A DNA stretch of 58,794 bases from Clostridia bacterium (GTDB lineage: Bacteria; Bacillota; Clostridia; Oscillospirales; QAMX01), in contig JAFXIE010000104.1 of assembly GCA_017533425.1 (NCBI GenBank), forward strand, positions 1 to 58,794, in the 5' to 3' direction. The notes under the pieces were generated by a model. It searched no databases. It had not been told where the DNA came from and worked only from the letters and a program-made list of their open reading frames with translations. The position numbers and the translations under genes are program-made. This document shows, piece by piece, positions 57,033 to 58,794 of this stretch (the stretch's first letter is position 1; every line of letters begins with the position of its first letter).

Positions 57033-57626
57033 ATGAGCTTTGCATCTGTTCTCTCCATCATGATCTCCTGCATCTTCGTGGAAAACTTCGTTCTCGTGAA
57101 GTTCTACGGCATCTGCCCCTTCCTCGGCGTTTCCAAGAAGATGTCCGGCTCCGTCGGTATGGGACTTGCGGTCATCTTTGTTATGACCATTTCCTCCCTC
57201 ATTACCCACGCGGTGGATGTTTTCCTGCTCATCCCCTTTGAGATCACCTATCTGCGCACCATCGCCTTTATTCTCATCATCGCAGCCCTCGTGCAGGTGG
57301 TTGAGATGTTCCTGCACAAGTTTGTGCCCGCCCTGTATTCTTCCCTTGGCATCTATCTGCCCCTCATCACCACCAACTGCGCCGTGCTTGGCTCGGCACT
57401 GGTCATTTCCCAGAAGGGTGCCGAATGGGGATTCATCGAGGCGGTGCTCTACGGCGCCTTCTCCGGCGTTGGCTTTATGATGGCGCTGGTCATCTTCTCC
57501 TCCGTGCGTGAGCGGCTGGAATTTTCTCCCTGCCCCAAGACCTTTGAGGGTCTTCCCCGCACCCTCATTGCGGCCGGACTCGTGGCCATGGCCTTTATGG
57601 GCTTCTCCGGCCTCAAGATCTTTTGA
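57033..57626 (+). CDS. rnfA: Rnf complex subunit A
   Basis: 197 aa. FVENFVLVKFYGICPFLGVS, typical of RnfA/NqrE. Confidence 0.9.
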   Translation: MSFASVLSIMISCIFVENFVLVKFYGICPFLGVSKKMSGSVGMGLAVIFVMTISSLITHAVDVFLLIPFEITYLRTIAFILIIAALVQVVEMFLHKFVPALYSSLGIYLPLITTNCAVLGSALVISQKGAEWGFIEAVLYGAFSGVGFMMALVIFSSVRERLEFSPCPKTFEGLPRTLIAAGLVAMAFMGFSGLKIF

Positions 57627-57645
57627 TCATTAAAGGCGGTATACT

Positions 57646-58467
57646 ATGGAAATACTATACGGTATGATCACTCCCCTCGCCATCCTCGGCGGACTGGGTC
57701 TCTTCTTTGGCGCGATGCTGGCCATTGCCGGCCGCTGCTTCGGCATTGCCACAGATCTGACCTTCGATAAGGTGCGTGCAGAGCTTCCCGGCGCCAACTG
57801 CGGCGCCTGCGGCTTTGGCACCTGCGATAAGTATGCCGAGGCCATCGCCAGCGGCGAGGCGGATATTAACCTCTGCAGCGTCGGCGGCGAATCCGCTGCC
57901 GAAAAAATCGCCGAGATCACCGGAAAAGATTTGACAGCACCTCCCGTTTCCGGACGCGCCGTGGTCTGCTGCTCCGGCGGCATTCATTCCGAGCGCAAAT
58001 TCCATTACATCGGCATTGAGGACTGCCTTGCGGCAGCAAGCATCGCCGGAGGACCCCTTTCCTGCGAATTTGGCTGCCTCGGTCTCGGCTCCTGTGTTCG
58101 CGCCTGTCCCAAGGGTGCCATATCCATCAAAAACGGCGTTGCCGTTGTCGATCCGGATGAGTGCATCTGCTGCGGACTGTGCGTTGACACCTGCCCCAAG
58201 CATATCATCAAGCTCATCCCCCGCGACGCGACCACCCTCATCTCCTGCATGTCCCAGTCCTCCGGCGGCGTCACCCGCAACATCTGCTCCACCGGCTGCA
58301 TTGGCTGCAAGATCTGCGCCAAGGCCTGCCCCACCGGAGCCATCACCGTGGAAAATCACCTTGCCCGTATCGATTACGACAAGTGCACCTCCTGCGGTGC
58401 GTGTGCCGGTGTCTGCCCCCGCCACCTCATCGTCGTGACCGATTCCAAAATCTCGGTCGCAGAATAA
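57646..58467 (+). CDS. rnfB: Rnf complex subunit B (polyferredoxin)
   Basis: 273 aa with an N-terminal TM helix and the CGACGFGTCDKYAEAI cluster. Several CxxCxxCxxxCP motifs follow (CICCGLCVDTCP, CIGCKICAKACP, CTSCGACAGVCP). Confidence 0.9.
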   Translation: MEILYGMITPLAILGGLGLFFGAMLAIAGRCFGIATDLTFDKVRAELPGANCGACGFGTCDKYAEAIASGEADINLCSVGGESAAEKIAEITGKDLTAPPVSGRAVVCCSGGIHSERKFHYIGIEDCLAAASIAGGPLSCEFGCLGLGSCVRACPKGAISIKNGVAVVDPDECICCGLCVDTCPKHIIKLIPRDATTLISCMSQSSGGVTRNICSTGCIGCKICAKACPTGAITVENHLARIDYDKCTSCGACAGVCPRHLIVVTDSKISVAE

Positions 58468-58526
58468 GCGCGTTTCGGCTCTTTGCCGTTTTCGCATAGA
58501 ACTACTACAGAAAGGTTTGGATTGAA

Positions 58527-58794
58527 ATGATCTACTCCGCAGAAGTCCAGCATATGTGCCCGGTCGCCAAGGGCGCATATCACGGTCCGGCTCCCATTCC
58601 TCAGGAAGGTCTCTGGACCCAGGTCAAAGAAATCGGCGACATCAACGGCTTTACCCACGGTGTGGGCTGGTGTGCTCCCCAGCAGGGTGCCTGCAAGCTG
58701 ACCCTCAACGTCAAGAACGGCATCATCGAGGAAGCTCTCGTTGAGACCCTCGGCTGCTCTGGCATGACCCACTCCGCCGCTATGGCTTCCGAGA
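58527..58794 (+). CDS. NifU/IscU-like Fe-S scaffold-domain protein (3' end beyond the window)
   Basis: Absent from the ORF track because there is no stop in the window. ATG 58527 gives MIYSAEVQHMCPVAKGAYHGPAPIPQEGLWTQVKEIGDINGFTHGVGWCAPQQGACKLTLNVKNGIIEEALVETLGCSGMTHSAAMASE, with Cys spacing like NifU N-terminal-domain proteins. Confidence 0.55.
   Translation, partial: MIYSAEVQHMCPVAKGAYHGPAPIPQEGLWTQVKEIGDINGFTHGVGWCAPQQGACKLTLNVKNGIIEEALVETLGCSGMTHSAAMASE

Noticed and set aside
1-58794. CRISPR arrays, tandem repeats, rRNA/tRNA genes, IS elements, toxin-antitoxin pairs or known defence systems.
   Set aside because: Reading the intergenic regions (all under 650 bp) showed no repeat-spacer periodicity, no tRNA cloverleaf candidates, no transposase-like ORFs and no defence-type domain architectures. 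I did not run a computational repeat search, so short dispersed repeats could have been missed.

Overview
This 58.8-kb window looks like ordinary core chromosome from a high-GC, spore-forming member of the Clostridia. That placement is inferred from gene content: spoIIM-like, spoIVB, yabP/yabQ/divIC, a SpoVB/YabM-like flippase, and an rnfCDGEAB operon. I can support about 55 protein-coding genes and one RNA gene. The RNA gene is RNase P RNA (rnpB), which fills the only large ORF-free gap. I saw no rRNA, tRNA, CRISPR array, transposase, prophage block or recognisable defence island.

Gene content in window order:
- gtrA-like and glf
- parE-parC
- M16 peptidase
- DUF3343 protein plus a class-V cysteine-desulfurase-like enzyme
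- cdaA-cdaR, translationally coupled to an FAD protein and an RseC-family protein
- a 550-aa membrane protein of unknown function
- GH78 rhamnosidase
- trkA-trkH
- an AT-rich 640-bp gap
- a tyrosine recombinase
- GH31, yesL, xerD, spoIIM-like and proC
- polysaccharide deacetylase
- a histidine-kinase-like protein with no phospho-acceptor His
- rnpB
- a three-gene flavin/SDR redox operon
- GH38 mannosidase
- spoIVB
- a lone ABC ATPase
- hpf
- fumarate hydratase alpha subunit
- divIC, yabQ, yabP, an S4 protein, HU, mazG and a flippase (same order as the B. subtilis yabM-to-divIC block, plus HU)
- mtaD, a zinc-ribbon protein, a uridine-kinase-like protein, hemZ, an MBL hydrolase, relA and recJ
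- rnfCDGEAB and a NifU-like gene

The observations most worth a second look:
1. hpf is interrupted by one in-frame TAA at a conserved position.
2. A 28-bp dif-like site lies 1.6 kb from xerD and 5.5 kb from a second Xer-family recombinase.
3. An OYE-type Fe-S flavoenzyme, an SDR and a fumarate-reductase-like flavoprotein form one operon whose family composition resembles gut steroid/bile-acid reductase clusters.
4. A 60-nt near-perfect hairpin sits in the AT-rich gap upstream of the recombinase.
5. A histidine-kinase-like protein lacks the phospho-acceptor His.

Nothing here convinces me that a wholly new multi-gene system is present. All functional calls rest on my reading of motifs and remembered family signatures; no searches were run.
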